Assembly: GCA_002104905.1 (NCBI GenBank)
Contig: MCFE01000336.1
Location: 1 to 64,000 of the forward strand
Direction of reading: 5' to 3'
Length of the DNA: 64,000 bases
From: Basidiobolus meristosporus CBS 931.73
Lineage: Eukaryota > Fungi > Basidiobolomycota
The notes below the pieces were generated by a model, which saw only the letters and a list, made by a program, of their open reading frames with translations, searched no databases and was not told the DNA's origin. Shown here in pieces: positions 24,211-35,222 of this stretch. Numbering within the stretch: position 1 is the stretch's first letter; each line of letters opens with the position of its first letter. The translations under genes and the position numbers were made by a program.

Positions 24211-25519
24211 ATAGCTTGTGGTTACAATTAGTTAGAAAGCTACTGGCTGGTAATTTTCAAGAAGTGATTAGTGTTGTGACATTGGACGAGGTGTGGAGCT
24301 TTATATACTATCTATAGCTGTGAACATGCCAACAAAAGGTAAATACCACTAGGTTTGTCCGCATCCAATCAGACAGCCCAGTATGTTAATTAACTCATTT
24401 TTGGGTAAATGTAATGACTGAATCGATTAACCCAAAGAAGTAAACGCGATCACCACTGTGATAAGCAATCATAATTCTTCGAGCTTTCTGTTGTTGGCAG
24501 GTAGATAAAAAAAATGTGATGTTGCGGGTAACTTGTTTTGGTGTAACATCTTTTGGGTAAGTGTCGGGGAAAATTCGTTCAGGATTTCCCTGACCTAGTA
24601 TAGATTCACTATGACATTATTAAGAAACCATGCCAAGATTTGTATCACGCGTGGGTTTATTGCAGTATTTCAAAACCTGAAACTATATCGGTTGACTTTA
24701 ACCGACATGCCACTAATAAGCCTGCAATTAAGGATTTCAGAATGGCTGGGTATTCAAGGGAGATTAGGATGGGTTATCACATGATGGAGCGTGCACAAAT
24801 TCAGTAGTTCGAAAGTATCCAGGAGTTCCTCCAGAGAGATGCCAAGGAATCGCAGAGGCCAGATGATGTGCTTTGTGTTGCATTGTAATTTCTAAGAAAT
24901 GCGTGCCTGGCGGTATATCTGCTCTTAATTTTCTCACTGGTTCTGAGTTAACGATGGAGTGGAGGCCCGAATGCTCCAATGGGCCCCGTGTAGGGTGATC
25001 ATGGATACAAGCACAGAAATTGCCTCGCCCACTGGTTTGCTCCAACAAAACATCATACCAAGAATAGGATTCTACTCACAAGTGATCGATGCTTACATCC
25101 AAAAATGTATAAATTTATCGCAATTGCTGTTAGTAGTGATAGATTAGGTTTGTTTGACAGTGGATCTAAATTTAGGTTCAAACTATAGTGATGAATTCAA
25201 TCATACTGATTTAAGCCAGTAATTCACAATGAAAATGAAGGCACGGGTGGTGAGTTATTCATAGAATACTGTTGAAGGCCCTAAATTTGAGCCAGCTGTG
25301 TTGTACGAATTTCTAGTTGTTTGAGTGAATGGTTCATTTGATAGCGTTTACAATGTGCTGGTGCATGTATTACATTAGTTATCTCCTGTTTGTTAACGAC
25401 GACGCTATGATTGGATTGATTTGAGGAATCTCTATCTATACTTCGTAGAAAATGCAATTGAACTTGACCGATTCCTTTTAAGAAAACGGGTGGGCATGGG
25501 GGAGTCTTGAAATATTACC

Positions 25520-26142
25520 ATGGATACTATCCAGAAGTCGTTTCTTGGTTGCCCTTATTGTAACATAGCTTCTGGTAAAGAGAACGACACTGTATTTATT
25601 TATGATGTAAGTTGGCCAGCCCACGAATTTACTATCCTTGCTTACTTGGTGAAAAACAGGACGCACAGGTGTGTGCCTTTCAAGATCCTAATCCCGACTC
25701 CGAAACCCATTTCCTCGTGCTCAGTAAAGTTCACATCCACGACTACAACAGTCTTACGGAGAAGGATATCGCCCTTTGTACGTTATCGCCACCTCACATA
25801 CCCTTCACTTTCCAAAATTCCCAAAACTTACCCCTGCCTTTGCCATTTAGTGGAGCACATGCAAGCTATAGGCAATAAACTACTCGACCAAGCGAATCAG
25901 AAAAAGCTACCTACAAAGTAAGTATCAGCTTAGTATCCTGAATTAGACTCAACAAGCTGAGCTCCGTACATAGGATGGGATTTCTGCCTACTTCCTTCTC
26001 CCGCGTGAATCATCTTCATATGCAATGTTTAACACTACCGCTGAAGTGCAATTGGATGCGTAAGCTTCTCTACACCCCCTTTATTTTTTTTGATAGTCAT
26101 GATCTCGTGGAAGAATTGAAAGAGAGCTGTTACAACCTATAA
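25520..26142 (+). CDS. HIT-family (HINT3-like) protein with a variant HxHxQ triad, 4 exons
   Basis: CPYCNI; AFQDPNPDSETHFLVLSKVHI; LVEHM; last exon MGFLPTSFSRVNHLHMQCLTLP..., stop at 26140-26142. GT-AG introns start at about 25607, 25779 and 25918. Confidence 0.8.
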
Positions 26143-26222
26143 GTATACAACAACACACACAAGCTTACCAAGATATCTCCTCCACAGTTTCTGAATGTAT
26201 AAACCACTTCGTATTCCCATAA

Positions 26223-26264
26223 ATATATATATACATATATATATATACATATATATATATATAT
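26223..26264. repeat. (TA)n microsatellite with two CA interruptions
   Basis: atatatatatacatatatatatatacatatatatatatatat. Confidence 0.95.
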
Positions 26265-26714
26265 TAGGCTTTGAATTCCCCATCATTGTTGGCGGTGTTT
26301 TAAAGATACCTTTCTTAATCATCATGATCATGATAGGTTGCGAAATTTACTGATGCTATTATAGTGGTGATGGTTTGTGGAAACATGTTTATTCCTGAGA
26401 GACAGGAATGCACGTTAAAATGGCTAACAGGTGTTGCACATCTCACAAGTTTCATGATCTGAGGCAAAACGAGTGGAGTTTACAAAACGGTTCGTAGTCG
26501 CTTGAATTTTCCCACCTATTAGTCTTTACTGATTGAAACGGAGTTCCAGGTAATGAAAAGGGGCGGTTTCGATGAATAGGCAGCCTAAGAAGATCGTTCG
26601 GGTTCGGATCAAAAGAGAGCCTATTTCATGACCAAGGTCTTTTCCATATAAGATCCGTTGAAGCCACTGTGATCTCGTCACACTAGCCTCCTTAACGTAT
26701 TATTCTATCTAAGC

Positions 26715-27017
26715 ATGAAATTCTCAGTAGCTTTTTTGATCGGTTTACTCGGGGTTTTGATTGGGATTGTACTAGAGCCGGTTGAGGGCATAGTTTGCGT
26801 GCCACAGCCAATCTGTCCGAACACACCTGAGAGTTGTCCCCAGGGTCAAGAGATTAGGGCACCAGGAGTATGTAAATGTCAAGTGTGCATGCCTATCCAG
26901 CCTACGGATTGTCGTGCGACTGGTTGCAAAGCTGGGATGGATTGCGTTTACCATCCTAGGTGTGATCTAACTCTTTGCATTGGCCCAACCTACAGATGTC
27001 TATCGGTCAGCGAGTAG
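26715..27017 (+). CDS. Small secreted cysteine-rich protein (100 aa, 12 Cys)
   Basis: Hydrophobic signal MKFSVAFLIGLLGVLIGIVLEPVEG; 12 Cys in the mature part; TATAA at 26647; AATAAA shortly after the stop. Confidence 0.8.
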   Translation: MKFSVAFLIGLLGVLIGIVLEPVEGIVCVPQPICPNTPESCPQGQEIRAPGVCKCQVCMPIQPTDCRATGCKAGMDCVYHPRCDLTLCIGPTYRCLSVSE

Positions 27018-28429
27018 TTCATGAGTTGTGCACCAAAAAACAAATAAAATGTTGATCATTCCCACTCAATCAAAAGTTCCGTGGCGTTTCACCGGCTCGG
27101 AATGGAAAGGCCTGTGGTTTTAGCTACCGAGGCAGAAAGAGGCTTGCGCTTACAAGAAGCCGTGAAGAAGGCACAGGTAATCATCCCGTGGTGTAACAAA
27201 GCCAAGATTCTTATGACCACTGTAACACCTAAATCCGCATATCCAACTACACTTGAAAGAGTGTGACGAAGATGATCTGGATAAACTGGCCATCCATGTG
27301 TCTCGATTTTCAAAGAGCTTGGGTTTGGTATCGTATTACCATCAATAGTTGATGACTGATTGGCCATTGACGTAATGAAGCCTCGGGAGGGGGTACAATG
27401 ATCACGCCTCAGAGTTAGTGTTACAAAATATGCTCGTCGAGTCGATTGGTCTTCAGAAGGGATACATCGTTTGTCTAGTCAATTCATATCGTGAGCTCTA
27501 CCAGGTAATTTATCAATTGATGTCATGTTACCAGGAGTCCAGGGAATCAGATCCTGAGGGGGCTGTTCTGGTATATATGGAAACGTGCATTGACAGGGTA
27601 TTGGGTTTGTTGACTGGTAGCTGAGATGGTTGAGTTACCCAGGTACAAGGTCAGATTGAGGATTACCTCCAATACTCCTAAACATTATAGCAACCAAATA
27701 ATTTTGCCGACTACTTTTAGCACCAACCAATCCATACTCTGATGACACCAGATGTGCCAATGACCTAAGATTAGCTTTTAGAGAGCGGTTTGCAGTTAAG
27801 ATCAGTCGTCTAATAAGCATGCTAGCCGAGAGCATGTTGTATCCGACATCCCGCATATCTCATGGAAATACGGAGCCGAAATTAGATCGTTCTCGACGCA
27901 TGCTGTCAATTCTCCATCAAATCCCGGGTATATTGACCTGGGATTTCCCGGTATACATATACTCCCCATCTGCGTTGTTGGATGTGCATCATTGGTATGG
28001 GGTGCGGATACAGCGGCTGAGTGCAAATGGGTGGTGATAATCAGCATGGAATCAGCTATGGACAAACCGCAGCGAATGCACAGGCCCAAACTACAGCAAC
28101 AGTCATGATGTCATGGCTCAACCTCGGAGACTTGAAGCGACGTGTTGACACCAGTGCTTTGAACCTCAAGGTATACATGGTACGACAAAGCATGGTGGTT
28201 TACCAACTCCGGTGACTCGTCCCAAGGACAACTGGCGATGGAGTGCTTCAGGCCAGACGTAGTTGTATTTCTAGTTTTATTTATGTACATGGGTATGATA
28301 TTCAGAATATGAGACTGACAAACAAGAATGGGATCTGACTCCCAATATGAAGTATCTAAGCTTCAAGGTTGATGACAACGGAGTACCTCAGCCAAGTGCT
28401 GTACACCAAAAATCGCCTAGCTAGTCAGG

Positions 28430-29347
28430 CTAAATCCCCATAGGATCACCGGCATAAGACATCTCGCGGTCGCGTTGGGTAATGGGCAGAGTTCCCGCCA
28501 GGTCAATGGTTTTCCAGCGAAGGTCCAGCCCGTCCATCCAGGTGATCAAAGGAATAAGGTGGCGATTCAGAATGTGGGGGGTATGGGCGATCTTTTGATA
28601 TTGCACGTTGGTGTTCAAGTGTTCGTCAAGTTCGGTATGACCAAGCTCCGCATGGAAGCGCTTCAGCACTGCCGATCGAACCAAGGAGTAGTAGATGATA
28701 TAAATCGCGTAGGTAATGAAGATGGCCAGCAACACGTCCACGGTAAAGTGAAGGTGGGATGCAATAACGGTATAATAGCCAGCAACTGCATGTAGCAATG
28801 CGTACACTTTGAGAACTCGAAAGCGGCCGTATATGATCCAGTTAATCAAGCTGGTGGTCAGGATCATGGTATGCCCCGAGTAGATGTTATCAGTGCAGGA
28901 CCGATCTGCTCCGACAATCATAAGAGAGCCTCGTGTTAGGAGATCGCGGAAATTGGATGTGTAGATGGGAACACATTCCTTGGGTGGCGGAAGGGTAGTT
29001 GAGACAATGGTGAAGCCTCTGTACAGGTATAGGAACCCAGTAACCCAGATAAACCGGCGCCAAAAGATCAAGCGTTTGCGCCAACTATTTGACAGAATGG
29101 TTACACCAACCAGCATAATGCCAAGTGATGAGAACACCATGATATCCGGAACACTATACGAGGTGATAAAGTTGAACCATTCGAAACCCACATCGCGCAG
29201 CGGTTTGTTCGCTTCTCCTGAGCCAAGGAATCGATTGTCGGATACCTGCTGCATGATGACCATGAAGTACACTACGATGAAGAGGAAGACCAAGGCGTAA
29301 AAGGTCCGCGCTACCTCGGAGTTGATGAATTTGGTGATTTTACTCAT
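28430..29347 (-). CDS. Sphingomyelin synthase family (SMS/PAP2_C) phosphotransferase, intronless
   Basis: All four SMS-type motifs are present: PLRD, RRFIWVTGFLYLYRGFTIVSTTLP, CTDNIYSGHT, HFTVDVLLAIFIT. Several transmembrane segments. First ATG at 29347. Confidence 0.88.
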   Translation of the reverse strand: MSKITKFINSEVARTFYALVFLFIVVYFMVIMQQVSDNRFLGSGEANKPLRDVGFEWFNFITSYSVPDIMVFSSLGIMLVGVTILSNSWRKRLIFWRRFIWVTGFLYLYRGFTIVSTTLPPPKECVPIYTSNFRDLLTRGSLMIVGADRSCTDNIYSGHTMILTTSLINWIIYGRFRVLKVYALLHAVAGYYTVIASHLHFTVDVLLAIFITYAIYIIYYSLVRSAVLKRFHAELGHTELDEHLNTNVQYQKIAHTPHILNRHLIPLITWMDGLDLRWKTIDLAGTLPITQRDREMSYAGDPMGI

Positions 29348-30361
29348 GGCCTTCACGAGCGAAAATGTAGTGTGGCTGGTCGGGAAAGACGAAAAACGGT
29401 GGAAGGAAAGACAAGTGTAGAGATTGTTCCTGGAAACCAGCAGCACCGGCTTTCATATAAGCTAATAGAAATCCCTGACATAATATGCAGCTTGGAGGGT
29501 TGATGATTCTGAATATCAATAATGACGCGCATGAATTATTGTCCCTCAGATCCTGCTATGCTCTGTTGAATTATAGCATTCGATTGGTTTCCCTGTTATC
29601 ATCAACAAAGCATATTTAGCAGATCCTTACAATTACAGATCGGACCCCCTGATCCTACATTGCTTGCTCAACCCAGTGTGAATCAGCATTTAGACTGGCT
29701 TAATTATACTCAATTGTTAATGAATGCTCTTCATCTGGATCAGCATGCGGTTCTTCCAAATAAATATCCTGTAGAAGCTACGTTAATTGAGGCTCAAATC
29801 CACCAGTCAACGTTAATGGAAAGCAGTACGCTCATAAGCATGATGAGTACTTCTTACCTTAAGGAGTATCACTTCTGAAACGATTACGATATGATATCAT
29901 GTGCATTCCTAGCCTATTAGTGCGCTGGTGAATATGTGCGCCCAGCACAATAGGGAATGTTGACACTATGGACCAGCACAATGGCCACATCCAATCGTGA
30001 TAATGATGACTCGCATGGCTTGTCACAACGACTACTACCAGGTCTCCGGTTGAATCTGAGATGGCCTATTCAAGGTGCAGAGGTGTGTTAGGAATCACAA
30101 GGGGCAAAACCATCCCTACATTACAAACACTAAAATGTACTTGCATTTCGGCAGAGTTTAACATTGATTACTGGATTCTGTATATTGCATGGTGACGTGA
30201 AATGGCAATAACAGTCAACTCTAGCTTGACGTCAGATCATAAAGATTAATGAGCTGGAGGCCAGTTGTTGAGGTGATACATATTATTACCTGTATTGTGG
30301 TGTTGTTAAATGATGTACATAATGGCGGAGAATATTAATTACAACTCAGGCATGTTATCGT

Positions 30362-31643
30362 TTACGCTTTAACGACGAAGTCGCATATCTGACATTTCAA
30401 AACGGCAGAGGGGTTGAATAAGGTGCATCGAGGGCAGCTCCATTCCGTTGTGTTTTTGTGTGCCTTGTTGCTACTTGAGCTCTGATCTGAAGGTCGTTCT
30501 GTAAGACAGCACTCACAGACCAAAACCAATGGAGGATTGACTAGTGTACATGTTAAGCATGTCCATGACTCCCATTCATCATTCATGTCCCGTGATCGTT
30601 TCCCCAAAATAGTCTTTTGTTCGGTGCACGAGTCTGGATTGTTGAATACAGGCTCCGATGAAGCATTGGCTCCAAAATGATCGTGTCTAGAAGGCTTTGC
30701 CTTGAGCCGATCTTTTGCTGAAGAGTTGGTTTCGTTTGGTTGAGTGGATTGTGGTTTTGGTTTTGGTTCTGGTTCTAGTTCTGGTTCCTCATCAATGCCT
30801 ATGTGTTCAGTATTTCCAGCGCACCAAATGTTGTCTCGGGCTCGGCGCTCTGCTGCCATGGCAGCGAGCATGCGAGGTGTATACAACTTCTCTAGACCTT
30901 TGGATAAAGATTTACCACCTAATTTGCGACCATTCGCAGGCCCCATAATTTGCCCAATTTGTCGTCGCTTTTCAGCAGCTTCCAAAGCAGCAACGCGAGC
31001 AATATGAGGAGGTAAGTCGTGAGAAACACCTTGACCCACCCGGTGTCCAGCGCCGTAAAATCCTTCTCCGGTAAATCCTTGGACCATGAGGGTTTCACAT
31101 TCCGTTGTTAGCTCGTCCAGTAATTTGTAGAACTGCTGGTCATGAGGACCTCGTACTATATGTGTTAGTTCGTGCAATAGAGTTCCAAGTAAGGATTCGT
31201 AAGGCAAGAATTTCGAGTCGTTGCTGGCGGGTCTAAGGCGGATGCAAATTTCTTGGCCGTAATTTTTATTTAAACCTAGGAGAACAGAACCCAAGAGATA
31301 TTCTAAGCCAGGCTATCCAAGGAGAACCAGATTCAAATATAAACAATACCAAGCAAGTTGGGATTCTTTGGGAAAAACTCTCGTAGTGTGCCAACTGACC
31401 AACCCCTTTTCTTCATGATGGGTTTTACCTAGAAGGGCAGAAAGGCTCTTTTAGAATCTTCTACTTATACAAGGTACCTTTGGGGGAGTGAACAGGGTGG
31501 ATTCCAGATAGACATTTGGTTCGATAGCTAACCTGGGAGGCCATTTGCTGAAGAATCTTCAAAGCTTCACTCTCATTGGGCTTACGCTTCAACGCTCTAA
31601 CTGTTCCAAAGTAAGCATCGCTTGTCCCCACCCCGTTAGACAT
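30362..31643 (-). CDS. WSS1: Wss1-like DNA-protein crosslink metalloprotease (WLM domain) with two RanBP2-type zinc fingers
   Basis: ALKILQQMASQ|VKPIMKKRGWSVGTLREFFPKNPNLLG|LNKNYGQEICIRLR; HELTHIVRGPH (HExxH); WTCLTCTLVN...CECC and WSCPRCTLFN...CQIC. Confidence 0.92.
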
Positions 31644-32533
31644 GATAATTCTCTATTATGAGGTAGGCCTGCACGGAATTTGAAAATTATGGAGACCTGG
31701 AAGACACCAGTGAAATTGCGCCTCATTATTTTTATTTGATCAGTTGCAAACAAAATTGTCTCATTCTTAGGAACTATTGTTTTGAGGGGGGTTGTCCTAA
31801 AGGCTGGCATCCCATATACCAGCTCAATCGATGCGCTGGAGGTTTTCTCACATCGACTGCTGAGTCATATTCAGCTTACCTGTGCTCGTTTTTTTATATT
31901 ATCGCATGGCTATAGTGCGATATGCACACCAAGGCTGGATGATGATGAATGAATCAACAGATCAGGGTCTCCAGAAATCCCTTAATTCTTGGGCAAGTAT
32001 TCACACGTATGGGTCTAGCAACCCAATCATACCAGCACGCTAGCTAGAGAAGTGAGTTTTGTCAACCTAGAATTTTATAAAAACAAACTCTATATTTACA
32101 CCACATGAGAATGAATACATTGACAAGAGTAAGATAATTCAGATAATTTGGAAGGTTGTAAGTAAAGATAATAAGAAATGTTCAACAAAACATGATTTTC
32201 AGCACGGAAAACGAGAAACATCGATCTGAAGCGCGACCAATCCAAAGAGGGGACCATAATCACAATCGGTTACTAGACTGCAAGAAAGTCGTAATGGAAA
32301 CGGGCACTTACGTTGAATGGATTAGTGTGAAGTTCCTATTATCTAGCAAAATGATTAAATCACAAGCTTTCTTGGGCAAAATCCTCGGCATCGCTGGCCT
32401 CGGCGTGGCCACTTCAAAGATGTCAGAAATCATTAGCTCACGGTTAAATATTAAAAGCAGTCATTAATGAGCAGCCCGGAAATTATGAACGTAAGTCTAT
32501 CCGGCAGTGCAAAGTGACTGTGATGCTCCAAGT

Positions 32534-35222
32534 TTAGTTACTTAACGAGCCCCAGTGAAGCTGAGAGGTCGCAGGCTCTATATACATGCCATTGTTGAAA
32601 TCTGAGGTGTTCTTTTTACTTGGTGATGGCACGGGCGAAAGAGGTACTTCCTCTAAATCCGAATTGGAGTCATGTAGCATAGGAGACAGTGATCTATCTC
32701 TGACGCGTTCCCATTCAACTATGTTCTTTTGCATTATCTTCAAGCAATAGGCGATTTCTTTTGGCCAAAGTCAATGGTGCTTAGTTGCTGCTGCAAGCTG
32801 TGAATCATGGCATGGCCCAAATACCTGGAATATTTTCGGCTACGATGCTAAACAGCGGTAAGGATATTTTCACAATGAAATCAATCTGGCCTTGGGCACG
32901 ATCTTTCCCAGATTGCTGCGGATTCATTATTAATGGATAACCTCTACTAGCTTCCAGTGAGGCCTGGAATAGAGTACAAAGATCGGAGGTGAGCTCAAGA
33001 CCAGTAAAGACTGTCAGTAATTCAAAATATACGGACTTGGTTATGGAACTCATGCATTAAGCTATCGGTCCATCTCTCAGATATATGATAAGGGCGTGCC
33101 TAGAATCTCATGATTAATTTCTGCGAAATCATTACACATTGACTGCTATGTAGTACCGAGTTGCTAATGTCGGCGCATTTTATGATGGCTGAGGAGAATG
33201 CGATACGTTCTAACTCCGGATCGACGATCTTTTGCTCTACTAATCTCTTCTTCTGCTCCACAAAACTACGTATGTAGTCAAAATGGGCGCTCATATCTGT
33301 TGCCAGTATTGCTCTAACCACCAATTTTCGAAACTCTGCACGTGGAAATTATTACCAAAAATAAGCGAGATATAGAAGAGTATTGGACGCTACCTTTAAA
33401 TTCTTGGGACGATTGGTCAGTGAAAAAATCGAACCCATGCTTCTTCATGAGTAGGAATAAGGACATGGAGTGAAAATTTTCTAGGACTGCTTGGTCATTG
33501 TACAGAAGAGCTAGCGGTGTGTTGGCATTGATCATGTACGAATTATTAACCCCAGGGTGGCCAAGATCGTGAGCCAGACTAGCCACAATGAGGGCAAACA
33601 CATCGTTCGGCCTCATAAACTCTTGTATACGCCTTTTACCTCCCATAGACGAACGTGTTGAATGGACCGAGTTATTGCCTATCAGACCAAGTTTTCGGAG
33701 AGTGTAATATGATGCTTGTAGTACGTCAACCGCGTGGTAGAAATTGTGATATGGGTTCAGATCATTATACGAAATTCGTACACTTAGGATAAATCTGTGT
33801 AACATTTCTAACAAAGGCATATTGAGTTGACAGAACACTGTAATTGAATGCAAAATTGGCCTTACCTGTTGACATGTATATATTCTTTAACCCTTTGATT
33901 GATAAAGAATCTTGAAAAACTATCAATATACAACGAAGTAGGTCGTCTTCAGATAGGTCGTAAGGGCAAAACTCCCAATTACAAAGAGCTTCCCTTAGGG
34001 TATTTATACGCTCCTGAGCTGAGGTAGAATCCAGCCTGCATAATCAAGAGTACGTAAGGAACTGCTGTACATACTGTAATAGCGAAACAGCACTTACTGT
34101 GGAAATTTTGAAAGGTTAATATCGTTATAAGGCGGCGCGTAATGATTAATAATCATCTCCTCAAGCCTGAAAGAATATTCTCAAATTCATCAATGCTGAG
34201 TTAAAAAAGGCCGAGCAATGTAGAAATCTACCATTTATCCCTTGTCAGCACTTCGCTAAGTTTGCCTTCGACATCGTGAAGCTCCCCTACCCTCAGACTT
34301 AACCGTGCCATCCTTGACGCCGCTTCATCACCGCTATCAGGTGATCGCGTCTGCCGCTTCATTCTAGATGTATTCTTTTATGGTGATAAATATAAAGATT
34401 TATTGTACGTCAGATGAATATATAAAAATGCTTACTAGCCAAAGAGTTTTGATAACCTGGATGGATACGGGTTTCACTAAATAATCAACCGCTCCAAGAT
34501 CCAAACAGCTACTCATTAGCTGCGGAGATTCATTACGCGACAACACTATCAAGGTGGTAACTATTAGGACATAATGCGTGTGTAGAGGAAGGATCAATAG
34601 CTTACCGATGGGTATTACGTTTGAAACAACGCCAAGCTCTAGCTCTTTCGCAACCACTTTGAGAAGCTCAAGACCATAAAGCACGTCAGAATCACCTTCA
34701 GAACCGGGTGCTTTTTCACTCAGATTACTCTGCTTAAGATCTGCGTACAGGCTATTCGAGGTATGGTGGTCAAGGTCGATTAACAGGATAGTATGCCCCA
34801 CGTGCCCAGATGGCAGATCGTGAAGAAAGGACATGGCCGCGTTTCCTGAAGTGACAGCAGTGACTGGGTGCGTGATTTTAGTGTGTATGCACTTGACAGG
34901 CGTGAGTAACAACTAAGAGAAGTTTACCTTGCTTGTACGTCTCCAAGAGTTGTTGAATGAATTCGGCAGCTGCGCGACACTCACGCTTCCGTAATTTCCT
35001 GCTCTCAGTGAAATTACTTTCTGTAGAGTTAAAACTACTATCATAGTTCTCTACAGTTGGTGACGGCTGAGGAGATCCATATGGGGTCAGGTGATAAGTT
35101 CCGGCTAAATATAAGCTATCTACAAGAAGTATGGCGCAAGTGTTTGGGTCTGGTCCACCAGAAAAGGACGACTTGGGAGGAGATAATGGAGATCTACCAC
35201 GTCTTAAAAATGATAAACGCAT
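32534..35222 (-). CDS. Class I (HD-domain) cAMP phosphodiesterase with an N-terminal response-regulator receiver domain (RegA-like architecture), multi-exon
   Basis: PDE motifs YHNFYHAVDVLQ, SLAHDLGHPGVNN, LENFH, ILATDM, IIKCADISN. Receiver motifs AILLVD, ILLIDLD, VLSRN, GAVDYLVKPV. Confidence 0.88.

Noticed and set aside
27081-28215. Overlapping short ORFs on both strands between the Cys-rich peptide and the SMS gene
   Set aside because: No frame gives a recognisable product; multiple stops.
32192-32467. 91-aa plus-strand ORF next to the PDE 3' end
   Set aside because: No homology cues; probably spurious or within the 3' UTR.
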